Part shown: one piece after another, positions 33,865 through 46,489 of the stretch
How the letters are laid out: each line of letters begins with the position of its first letter
How positions within the stretch are numbered: the first letter of the stretch is position 1
Assembly (NCBI GenBank): GCA_964035545.1
Contig: OZ037766.1
Span: forward strand, 744,001 to 808,000
Length of the DNA stretch: 64,000 nucleotides
Direction of reading: 5' to 3'
Source: Bugula neritina
Taxonomy: Eukaryota; Animalia; Bryozoa
Notes under the pieces: generated by a model
The model's input: only the letters and a program-made list of their open reading frames with translations
The model's database searches: none
What the model was told of the DNA's origin: nothing
Made by a program: the position numbers and the translations under genes

Positions 33865-36264
33865 CTTTAATGTACACTATCCCACCGCTGCCACCACTGT
33901 TATAGTTTTCAGATTTAGGGTTGATGTGTCACCAAGAGAGTCTATTTATCACTAGAGAAACTTCACCGTGTTAAGTCGAGTAGATATCGTTATATTTTAA
34001 TACAAGAATACATAATAAAATTTAAGGTACAACAGTAATGATACGCACGTCTATTTAATTTACAGCACTATCCTCAACTGAGCTAGTAGCGCGAAGCGGC
34101 TACTATTACTTATCAAACAGCTTAGTTAATTGGCTAATACATTGTTCCGGGTCAATACGCAACCTTGCGTATTGTGTTGCTGGTAGCTCCACGAGCCACC
34201 ACACTATTACTTATTTACTATAACAATAATGTATAAACTAACATCTTGATTAGTTGTTCTAAATCCTAATTCTTTGAGTTTCTTGCTTTTGTAAGCACTT
34301 TGGTTTTTAAATTACAAATGATAAATCTGTTTACTATTAGGTATGTATGATATTAGACATAGTAGCCTACCGCATTAACTATAACTACAACTATAATATT
34401 AACATAATATGTTGATGTATAAGAAACTGAACAGTGGTGACATCAGAATAGCTGATCAAAAATAAAATAAGCTTTCATCTCTCTATTACTATTAGCATTA
34501 CAAATTTGATTTACTTTTAAAATTAATGACTGAAAGGAACAAATGTTAATGTAAACATCTTAATGTGAGTGAATACTGAACAGGTACTTACCCTTAACAT
34601 TGGCTTTGTAATTTGTAGTTATGCCAATACTTTAACTGGTAGATGCTTCTGTATGCAATTTGAATTAAAACGCAAACTGAAACTGCACAATCACTCTGAC
34701 AAATCGCACTGAGTATGACACTGACAGTCACAGCGTGAGTGAGTGCAGTAGATTGAACGGCAACAACTATGATTTATTAGTAACACTATAGGCATAAGTT
34801 GTTGAATAAGTAAAACAATTTAAATTACTCATTTAGTCGAAATTTTGAAAATCAAAATGAATAACTATAACTACATGTATAAGTCATTTAATTTTATGAT
34901 TTAAGTGCACTGTACTGGTAATTCACTAATTGCTACTAGCCAAAGGTAACTACAGGCTATAAGTATAAGTATATATGATATGAGTACATCATAATCGCAG
35001 ACTAAAAGTAAATCTACAATATTTGTAAAATACTGGTAAACTCAACACACATTCGTCATAACTCATAGTAATCAATTGCTACATTTAGTGCAAATGTGCA
35101 TTCTGGAACAGCTGTGTAAACAGCTAGCCAGGGGGTGAAAGGTTAAAAGGGTAAACAAACCATACATATGACTATTCTAATACCAATAAGCTGAAAATCG
35201 CTAGAAGTAGCACCAAGTTAGGGGTGACTAATTACATACTTTGTATAAACTATAGAGCATTAACAACCTCGAGACCGCCACCAACACTGCACTAAATGAC
35301 CACCATCTTTACGCTGCTTCGAGCGATTTCGTAACATAGTCGTGTACATAATTGTGATTGCCTCCTAAGTTGTTCAACTGCAACTGCTAAGTAATAGTTT
35401 AAGTAAAAGAACACACTGGTCAACTGTAGGGAAAAACTAGATACATGGGCATATAACTCATAATTAGTTTTTAAATTATTTTTCAGGCTACAAAAAATGA
35501 AGAAGATTTAGTATTAATACATGCATGCATCATGTCGTTACAAGTGCTTATTTCCTAAGTTTATTGTAACAGAGCAACTGTTGAACTGGTGACTGAAATC
35601 CACTAGTCTAATACTATACAGGCACTAAGTAGGATATACTAGATTCTAGATGAATGAGAAACCATAAACTACTCATCGAATGGTTGACATTTGCAAACTT
35701 GTGGAAATTATTGGTGAATTTTCTTAAATATAACTATATTATGGACATTAACAAAATATAACAAATTTTCAATTGAAATAATAATAATAATAGTGGAATC
35801 AACATGAATTAATATAAATTTCAACAAATCCCTTTTCCTTAATGTTGACAAAAACAGAGAGAATCAAAATAAAATATTGTTTAGTAACTTCAGCATATCG
35901 TGAATAAGAACTGATATGAATTATAAAGTCGCTAGTTTACTAGGTAGTTTAAGTATTCAGTAATCTCGAATTGATTAACCACACTTGTATAACAAACAGT
36001 GAATATAAATCCTACTTAGCATACTTAACAATGTGTTAATATATCTCAAGGACAGACAGTAGATGAAAATAACTCATAACTCTATTTTGCACAAAAATTA
36101 TTAAACAAAAATATATTACACTACAAAAAAGTAATAACAAAAAATATCTAGTAGAGAGAAAGGAATGCTTACGGAATCATCGAGAATATTAGATATAATG
36201 TTATAGAGTTATTGTAGCACCAGAAAAATATTGCTTTTACAACTTTTTCATTTATTTCTTCTAC

Positions 36265-39200
36265 CTAGACGAGTTTTCCATTAGCCCGTCTCGCATTGAA
36301 TGTCAGACTGAGAACAAAGGCTACAAAGCAGCAGAACACAACTCTCAATATCGTCATAGTCGAGCCAAAACATTGGAACATTACACAGAGTAACTACTGC
36401 ATAGAGTTGTGTCCTCTTGTACTTATATAAATAATAGTCATGGAGTTGTCTTCCATCATCTCACTGAAGTTAGATATGAGCTACACAAACAGTATTGACA
36501 TTTAAAGTGTATATAATATTATATACTTACATATAAATGATAAACCAGCCGATAGAATGAATATCCCGTAAGAATGTAACTTCTGAAGTAGAAAAGTGCT
36601 GAGTAGTGCTCCTATTGGCCCAGCCACTGCCTACGGAGGGATGATGCAATACAACATTATAGAAAGACATGGGTCTACTAATTATACCAGCGCAAGAGTT
36701 CTTCAGATAATTTAAGCCACACTTACCGAGGAGGTGAAGAGAACCCCGTAGTTTATGGAAACGTATTGAGGGCCAAAAGTCTTAGCAATGGCAGTAGGAA
36801 ATAAAGAGAAATTCCCAGAGAATGTCATAAAGATGAGACAAATCCAAACAAAGAGTAGAGGTTTCCCAGCTGACTCGGCAAATACGTGAGTAATGTAAAG
36901 AGAAGCCATGAGGCAAGTCATTGCAGAGGTGAGTGTGACGATGGCAGCCTACAGTACGGCAGCATGACTCAGAGTCAGCAGGTCATATTGACTGGTTTAT
37001 ACAGGTAATATATGGTACATATTAACTGGTTTATACAGGTAATATATGGTACATATCAACTGGTTTATACAGGTAATATATGGTACATATTAACTGGTTT
37101 ATACAGGTAATATATGGTACATATCAAGTGGTTTATACAGGTAATATATGGTACATATCAACTGGTTTATACAGGTAATATATGGTACATATCAACTGGT
37201 TTATACAGGTAATATATGGTACATATCAACTGGTTTATACAGATAATATATGGTACATATTACCTGGTTTATACAGGTAATATATGGTACATATCAACTG
37301 GTTTATACAGGTAATATATGGTACATATCAACTGGTTTATACAGGTAATATATGGTACATATTAACTGGTTTATACAGGTAATAATCTATGACTCACCTT
37401 GAAAGAAACTTTGTCAGCAAACAACCCCCATATTATCCTCCCGACAGCATTGCATACGGCAGCAGCAGAGCCGAGAGTGGATAAAAACCGGTCATCATTG
37501 ACGACCTCACTCTCCCCGTACGTCTTGTACAGAGTGGATATGAACAGCACACACACTGCATTCAGCAGAAACATGAACCATAGAGTAATAAAGTGCCGTG
37601 TCTTTACCATCTCTCTTGGTGACATACTGGATACTGGGTGAGACCCCCTAAGGGCTGGAGTCTCCCCCTCCTCACTACAGATAAACAAGTAGATCACAGT
37701 CTAGCTTGCTGTCACACCATACTGTGTACAGGATAAACAAATAACTACTCAATACTGAACACCACTGACTATTTATAGCAAACTTTCTTAGTTTAAATTA
37801 CCACTTCAATCCTAAGAAATGTGAATAAGGAACTAATTGTATGTCACAAGACACCAAGGCAGAAGGGCATATACTATAGAGGGGGAATACCCAGTGGATA
37901 GCGGAGGTTCTGTTATTAGAGCCTGTGCTTCTTCCTTTCTCATGTTAGTGCGAGATTTGACTGGAAACAGTAGCATAACTCCAACAACTTGCAGGGCCGC
38001 ATAGCAGCCACCCAACAGCATGAACATGTTAGGAACTGAGTCTAGAATGGAGTCGTCATTGAAGTACCTGCAGGAAATGAGGTAGTACAGGAAATGAGAT
38101 AGTACAGGAAATGAGATAGTTACTACAGGAAATGAGACAGTTACTACAGGAAATGAGATAGTCAGTACAGGAAATAAGATAGTACAGGAAACGAGATAGT
38201 CCCAGCTTACTTGTCATTCCCGATATTCTGAGTAGTGTTCAGTTCTTTAGCCCCAACGGCCTTGACATTGTGAGGATTCAGGAAGGCTGTTTGCACTTGA
38301 TCAAATATAAACGCCCCACCTCCAAATCCTGCCACAATAAACCCATTGGCTATACCCTTGTGTTCAGGAAACCACTGGAGAGTAAATCATTTTATCATCA
38401 GATTGATGAGATTCAGAAAGGTACACACGTCTGCACGGGTAGATTCAGTTCTCAAGTTCTGATTGGTACAAGAATAAAACTCACACTCATGGCTACAGAC
38501 ATTGGTGGAGCATAAGCTATGCCGATACCAACTCCAAACATAACACCATACGTTACTAGAAACAGGTAATAACTAACTCGGATTGTAAACGCAGAGAGAA
38601 ATACTCCTAAACTGAAAATAGAGAAATAGGAACAGCTGTTACTATAAATGGAAAAATAGGAACAGCTGTTACTATAAATAAAATTAGAACAAAACTAGAG
38701 ATTTCATACCCTGAAAAGTTAAAATATAAAAACAAGAAACACAATGCCGTTTGGTAATCATTTGCAAAAATTTTAAATAATGAAAAAAACTTCAAATCTT
38801 TTCACAAACAGTTTTATACACAGAGGGCAGTAATCATAGAGTATATTGCCTGCAGCAGACACAGAAATAGACTGTAACCTTGTGGTTAGACCTCCGATTA
38901 AAGTAGCAAGTCGGGTGCCAATCCTCTTCTCTAGGATTCCCCCGAGAAACATGGCTAAGCCTTGTCCAGTCACGGCCAGAGCAAACACCCAAACCGTATC
39001 CCCGTACCGCAGTGTCGTGGGCTGGGAGGAGCGCCTTATGTAGGACGTTACGTAAGGGTTGATGTTACCTACAGGACGTTACGTAAAGGTTGATGTATAA
39101 ACCAAACAACAAACTATAAATTAAAAGCTTCATTCTACAGAAAAAACAACAACTATGTTCATTCAAAGAGAAATGTATTAGAGCTACAACTATTACTTAT

Positions 39201-39988
39201 ATTTATTATATTATGTATGATACAGAACAAAAACTATTGCGTCGTCAACGTTTAGTGAATGAAGATTTATATTCTTAAAATAGAATTTCATATCAGGAGG
39301 TCTTAAATTCCACAGGAGTAGGTTTCCTGTGCCCCTAGCAATGTGTGCAGCATTGGAATGCTTCATGCTCACTGAATCTACGCTGCACAAACACATTATG
39401 GACAGAAAGGTTATATTTTAGAATAAAAAAGTACATTAGTATTTTATAAATACATAGTGCAGGGTTAGATTATAAATACATAGTGCAGGGTTAGATTATA
39501 AATACATAGTGCAGGGTTAGATTATAAATACATAGTGTAGGGTTAGATTATAAATACATAGTGTAGGGTTAGATTATAAATACATAGTGTAGGGTTAGAT
39601 TATAAATACATAGTGTAGGGTTAGATTATAAATACATAGTGTAGGGTTAGATTATAAATACATAGTGTAGGGTTAGATTATAAATATATAGTGTAGGGTT
39701 AGATTATAAATACATAGTGTAGAGTTAGATTATAAATACATAGTGCAAAGTTAGATTATAGCACCCATGACATTCTGTCTTTCTGAACACTAACAGAGTA
39801 CAAAATATTATGTTGGTTAGAATCATTGCATCTCAGATTTTCTGATAATACAAGAAACTGATAAGTTACAGAAGAGTGCCAACTCTCCATATACTGAGTC
39901 TCTCACCCCAACAATAGAGAGTGCCTAGTGAGAGGTGGATTAGAATACCCCCCAGCACCGCCAATACCCCTCTATACCTCTGTGACAT
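36265..39988 (-). CDS. MFS transporter, OFA/OxlT-like, paralogue 2 (9 coding exons, same structure as paralogue 1)
   Basis: MSQRYRGVLAVLGGILIHLSLGTLYCWG|NINPYVTSY..., GGILEKRIGTR, WFPEHKGIANG, NAVGRIIWGLFADK, FSGNFSLFPT; ends FNARRANGKLV*. Confidence 0.9.
36990..37381. repeat. 34-bp minisatellite (AACTGGTTTATACAGGTAATATATGGTACATAT[C/T])
   Basis: About 11 copies filling an MFS2 intron. Confidence 0.95.
39445..39760. repeat. 26-bp minisatellite (TAGTG[C/T]AGGGTTAGATTATAAATACA)
   Basis: About 12 copies. Confidence 0.95.
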
Positions 39989-40323
39989 TCTCAGTAGTGT
40001 ATCTCTACAACAGAGTTAGTGAGTAGAGCAGAGAAGGTTTAGTCATCCTTTCATCAAGACAAATAATATGGAGAGATGATTAGCAGTAAAATAGTTGCAT
40101 ATTATATTATGGAAAACTTTATGAAGACTTTATGAAATGCTATATAAATAGTATAACGTATTACTATATTACTACAATACTATATTACTATATTACTACA
40201 ATACTGTATTACTACAATACTGTAATACTACAATACTGTATTACTGTAATACTATAACTACATTATTGAGAAGCAAATCACTAGACTAATAGCTCACACA
40301 TAGCAAATAACAAACTAGATAAT

Positions 40324-41100
40324 CACGGGCTTTCCATGTACCGATCTCAGATCGATCTCACTGAGATCGATCTGAGAAATGTGCTCAGATCGATCGTTTT
40401 TCCATGAGAGTGTCAGATCGATCTCGCGAAGTTGCCTCCTCTTAAATGAAGGATATTTTAAAAGTATATTTTGTTTACCTATTTGAGTGATTAAAGCTAC
40501 TACTGTTGAAAACAAGATGGTCCTAGTCTAAAATTTAATCCCAGCTATAAACTATACGCAGCAAAGCTTTCAGTGTATGGTAATTTGGCCAATTTAAAAT
40601 AATTAATTTTAATTTTTTAGCTTGACAGCTTATATAAAATTAATGGCTGTCTTGCAAATTATTATTAAACTTACAGAGCTGTTAGGCTTAAAATTACAAA
40701 GAAAATAGCTAATGAAACCAAGTTTTAATAGTCATTTAAATTCAATTTAAATTCTCCCATTTTTTTTACCTTCTACTGCATATAATTGAGTTTTCTTAAT
40801 CATTGTACTGAAAGTCAAAGTTTTGGCATCTGAATAGGTGGCTATCATAATTATTAAATACTTTGCTTAGCAATTATCAATAAGTTATTATATTTATTAG
40901 CAGACAACATTGTAGCGCGCAGTCTTTTTCTACTTCTCAGATCGATCTGGCGTCTTTCCATGGTCTTATTGACATGAGATCGATCTGAGTTCGAGCTCCA
41001 CAGACCGACCAGCTCAGATCGACGGAGATCGATCTTTGGCGTCTTTCCATGGATCGATCTCACTGAGATCGATCTGAGATCGGTACATGGAAAGCCGGTG
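40324..41100. mobile_element. Non-autonomous DNA transposon, CMC (CACTA/Chapaev)-like
   Basis: TIR CACGGGCTTTCCATGTACCGATCTCAGATCGATCTCA / TGAGATCGATCTGAGATCGGTACATGGAAAGCCGGTG; AAT on both flanks; many subterminal AGATCGATCT palindromes; superfamily is inference. Confidence 0.85.
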
Positions 41101-42334
41101 AATGAAACCAATTTGATTATCACATTATAAATAAATGTCAAGAACATATTATTTGTTTCAGCTTATTATGATAACCGTAATAATGAGCAAACTATTAGTT
41201 AATATTTATTAATATATCAATATATTTTATTTAAAAGACACTAGTAAATTGATATTATTAGACATAAGAGGTTTAAAATATTAAATTTTACAATAATAAA
41301 ACTGCACACAACTGCAAGATATTAATTAATCCTATTTATGTTTATTATACTCACAGTAAACAATGATACTCTTATTGGCTATAACTCAAACTCTTACACT
41401 TACTACTTCTATAAATCAGAGCTCAGGGCAGAAATATACTTCACAGAGAAAGCGAAGTGACTGTTCAATAAAATTAAACCATCATGAATGGGAATGAACC
41501 AAATGCCATCTTATTACTGCGCAATTCGATCGTAAATGCCAATTCATTTGACTAACTGGAAACTGGTTTGGTAATTAAGAATACAACTTTGAAATTGAGG
41601 CTGGTGACTTAAAAATTACTATAAGTTATTACAATGGAGTAGATTTTATTTTAATGAAACGCATATTTAATCCACTTACTAAAACGTGCAAAACTTGAAA
41701 ATGCACCAATGTGTTGAGCAGAGTAGGCTCATTGAACCATAACTTAGTATTAATTCATTGAGTCGGCTAAAGTGAATTACTAACACAAGATAATGATAAA
41801 TTTAAATGTTAACACCAGCTCTTGTTACAATTATCATAGGTATAGTATTTCAAGTTGGATGAACATCTTACAAAGAAAAAGTTAACATGGAAAAACTTTT
41901 ATTTTTAAACCCTCAAAACTTAAAGGCTTACCACTGCCACTGCTTGGTTTTTGTGATAAAAGATACTATATCTATTTAGAGTTGATAAGATTATTTTTAC
42001 ATTTTCTATCACTTTTTGCAAAATATCTAACTTCTACTCTATTATCACTATAATTATGATAAAGGTGATTATAATTATAGATACGATGATCCTTTAGCCT
42101 TACAATTAGTATTACTGACTATTAAATAAAATTATTGATGTTATAATGATTACCAATATGAATATCTAAAACTAGGAGTATAGTATAACTCGGTAACACT
42201 AACAGTAACAGTAAGTTATGTGAGACTGAGTAACACTAAGTCTAACTGTAACTGTAAGCGAGATCAGTATCAGTATCAGTATGGCTATGAGTATCAGTAT
42301 GACTCAGAGTCATACCAGGAGGAGGTCACACTCA

Positions 42335-42780
42335 CTATTACCTCTGTATTACCTCTGTATCCTTTGCACGCTCGAGATTGCTAGAAGCACAAGCGGAGCG
42401 CCTCAGGTGGGCTAAATAAAAACGGTGTTGCAGAAACTATGGTCTGGGGTTGCAGCATAACGCTGTTTGACATTAGTCATCAGTTTCATTTTGCAATAGA
42501 CGCATATCGCGTATTGTCCTGGGAAGGAAACTGTCTCGGAAAACGCTTGATGAGGCATATATTGAATTCAGTTGCCCACGGCTGGCAGCACGAGTGTACA
42601 TGGTGGTCTTTGATCTGCTTTTCATAATTTCATCGTAACTGGTCGAGAGTGCGCTGTGGTGTTCCTCATCCCCGAGGATTCTGACAAGCACTAGCAGTCC
42701 CACTCGGTGACCCCTTCGACGACTGGCTAACGTTTTCAACCCAAGCTGGTTTCTGGCATCAGCGACACTTTCACGACCCT
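42335..42780 (-). mobile_element. 5'-truncated non-LTR retrotransposon (L2/CR1-group-like) 3' end
   Basis: NQLGLKTLASRRR...FRDSFLPRTIRD resembles the LINE ORF2 C-terminus; short 3' UTR ending in a tandem (AATACAGAGGT) tail. Confidence 0.7.
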
Positions 42781-43885
42781 ATGCCTATGGCTATGACTAT
42801 GGTATGTGTATCACTATCAGTATGACTATGAGTATGAGTAGAGGTAAGTGATAGTGATACCGATAGTCATAGTGATACTCATACTGATAATCATAATGAT
42901 AGTATCAGTATGACTATCACTATGAGTATGAGTATCAGAATGTGATGCCACAAACTTCAAGATAAATCCATAATCATAATTAATGATTAATCATTAAATT
43001 TAATGATCATCAATATGAATATGGAAAATCATTGTGAAATATTAATCTAAGTCATTATAATTCACGATAATAACAACATTATTAAAATATAATGAAGAGC
43101 ATAATATTTATACTTAGAATAGTGAAATAAAAATATGTAATTATCAGTTATTCATTATCATTATGATACAAATGACGACTACAAGTTTTGAATGCTTCTA
43201 TAAGCAGCTCCGAGTCGCTGGTGAAGAGCGATTTTGGTTCGGGCTGGGGGCTCGAGTTTATAGTTGGGTACATGACTCCAAGCGTCAATTTTGACACTGT
43301 GCTTACTGGGACTGTCAGGGATTCTATAAGCTTCGCCCACCGGTATTCCACCAGTGTGTTTATTATAGATGAGATGTACCTTCTGAGAAAGAGTATGTTG
43401 GAGTTATCATAACTTGCTAAAGTATCTCTGTACATCAACTGGATAGACAATATAGTAACAAAAATTTACCACTAAGATGTCAATAGTTAAACACTATTAG
43501 TGGATATTGGCCAATTATTGGCCAGAATTTTGTAAAGTATTATCAGCTGTATGATAGTCTAAGTGGAGATAACCACTAATCAGTTTTGTTGCACTGTATC
43601 ATTTATTCTCTTTTAAATTTATTGTTATTTAATTACTATATTAATGACAGTTACTGTACCTGTCACACCAGTTGACTTTGTTGACATGTATACAGCAGGT
43701 GGTTCTCATGTCTTGATAGTGACAGACAGTGTAAATATCCAACACTTGGTCTGCTAACTATTACCAACTATAGTGTGAGATCTATTAACTGCTATAAAAG
43801 TTTTCGAATGTACATTAAAAGCTAGGAGTTGTCTTCTATATTCACTGTGTCTAAAGTGAGTGCAAGAAGCTGCTGCTCTGAGGAA

Positions 43886-44070
43886 TAATCATGTGACCAC
43901 CCACTAAGTAATCATGTGATCACCCACTAAGTAATCATGTGACCACCCACTGAGTAATCATGTGACCACCCACTAAGTAATAATGTGACCACCCACTAAG
44001 TAATCATGTGACCACCCACTAAGTAATCATGTGACCACCCACTAAGTAATCATGTGACCACCCACTAAGT
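43886..44070. repeat. 23-bp minisatellite (TAATCATGTGACCACCCACTAAG), 8 copies
   Basis: Direct tandem copies. Confidence 0.95.
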
Positions 44071-46489
44071 AAGTTTGTTTCAAACCCAGTTTCCATGACA
44101 ACTAGTTACAGAGACAGGAAATAACTAAACCTCACTCTGATACTAGTACCACGTGACTCCTTGTTATTGAGCAATGTCTAATAAGTAATATAAATATAAT
44201 AAAGATAATGCATAATATATTCACTCTGGGGTAGCAGCTACTTAACATATTTTAGTGCCAACCCTTTAATGGCTGCTAACACTTTAGAGAAAAACTGGTT
44301 TGTTTTGTGATGAAACATCCCAAACACTTGAGTGCAGATTAAATATTCCAAAAGATTTATTGGTATAATTATAAATATTATAAAGATAATGTTAATTACT
44401 TTAAAGTGACAACTTAACATATTTTAGTGCCAACCTTTTCTGGTTGACAATATTTTAGAGAAAGAAGTTGTTTTGTAGATGAAATATCTCATTACTTGCA
44501 TGTAACTTCAATATCCCAAGACTTTCGTTAGCCTAACTATAAATATAATACAGTTTGACATATTCCAGAGTAGTTTGGTCACTCAAGTATTACTCTATAC
44601 TTAATGATGTCCCACACAGTCCAACTCTTGTGTATAATCATGTACCACTTTAATCTCCCTTCCAGACTAGAGGTTAAAGTCAGCTATCATACCTGCTGCC
44701 TATTATTCTACTCAGCTGCTGGTAGGAAGTGGAATATTCTAACCAATAAGACAGCAGTAAAGTATTTTCTGCCTCGCTCTAAGCTCTAAGCTCATTTATG
44801 TAGTGTTTGTGTCAATCTGGTAAAGCAGTGTCCATATTACCCCATGACTCATACTATCTCATAGTCTTATATTGTGTAATGTAGCATATAAACATGAGTA
44901 GACTCAGACTGTCAACAAACAGATATGAGTGAGAAGTTGTGAGAAGAGATGGGACAGAGGCTACAGGGTCTCAACATGCAGTGAGAATGCTGAAGGGGGA
45001 GACAACATCAACTGTTAGATGGAGTAACATTTGATAGAGTAGTGAGTTAGTTGACACTCTAAGATGTGTACATTAGCTACACCAACATTGATATAGTGGG
45101 GACTTGACTGTGAAATATTACTGAGTGAGTCAATCATAGTGAATAGTCAGAAATAGTTACTGTGACTGTAAGTCAGCTCAAAGACATGGGCAGCGGGTGT
45201 GATGGAAAATTTTTATCTGTAAAACAAAACTGATGGGAAATATTGTTATCTAAAGCTGCATTATGAAGTATTATACAAACACTATTTAGCTGATAAATGT
45301 ACTAGATGAAGGTTAAAGTCCCAAGGTGAAGGGGTGTGTTTTATAAACTGTGTTACTAAGTTTTAGATTAAGTAAATAGGGGAGGAATATTTCTGTGCTG
45401 TTATCAATGTATTGACGTCATGTTTATTACTTGTTAAATATAAATATAATACTTGAGATAAACATTCTCATGTGATATAATGTAGTCTAGAGTTATATTG
45501 ATTATTTCTACAATACTCAGGGTGGGTCACCTGACAGCCCACATGTATCTACACTACAACACATGTAGGTACTTCCCCTCAGTTGAAGATGCAGTATAGA
45601 GATGAGCTGCCTTCATTCTAGTATTATATATATACAGTCAAGTGTCTGTAGTATACCACAGAGATTCTCTCTAAAACTCAGTCTCAGTACCACAGATTCT
45701 TTACATGTCACGACACTCAATCAAACAGTTTATATCTAATACTGCAGAGAACTTGAGATATCATAGAAAATGGACTTCCTGGTTATAATAGATATACCAG
45801 GTGGGATCTTTTGTAAAAGCCTGAAGAGCAATAAGCTTCAGTACAAAATTTCTTCTGTGAATTTCCAGTTTAAAACCTCATTACATCTGAATAGATATCA
45901 TATTTCGGTTCAGTAGGTATAATATTATTTGACAGATGCCTGTTCTTATGGAAATATTTGGTGGGCGTGTCCGTGTCGTAATTGAAATGTGTTGTCACAT
46001 TGATTAATCAACTTAAGCGTGTTTGTTAATGGGGTCGTTTAACTACTTACTGAAGATTAGTTCGCTGTTACTTAGTTTATCCAATCAAATGTTGTTTTTG
46101 GTTAAAGTTGTCATGTGACTTAGCAGTCGGTTTCAATACTCTTGCACTATCTACACTCGCGCAGAGATCACCTTTCAACCAGCATCTTATATATCAGAGC
46201 CGAAACTAGTAAGTTTGTTAAATATATTTAATTATTGTAAGTTACTTTTATTTTACTAATATTTCAAATAATATCATAATAGACTGCTATTTCCATATTA
46301 TTATGTAGCACGCAGATGCTATTAATATTAAAATACATTATGATTAAAATTGTATTTGATATTTTATAACTTTTGGATTTGTAAAGTGTAATTCTTGAGT
46401 TGAAAAGTAGATAGCCAACAATTTTTAGTAATCAAAATGAATTCTAGTATCCTATATAATATTTTTAGGATTTTGCTCCAACTCAGAAT

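Larger units (their letters stand above)
26666..34203 (-). mobile_element. Intact Ty3/gypsy LTR retrotransposon, copy B (inverted, apparently identical to A)
   Basis: LTRs 33898-34203 and 26666-26971; TSD CTAT (26662-26665, 34204-34207); every ORF mirrors A (coordinates sum to 51216). Confidence 0.98.

Noticed and set aside
17013-34203. Single giant foldback element or inverted segmental duplication
   Set aside because: Symmetry stops exactly at the LTR termini and each copy has its own TSD
39445-39760. Telomeric repeat (GGGTTAG within the unit)
   Set aside because: Only one partial motif per 26-bp unit; no (TTAGGG)n run
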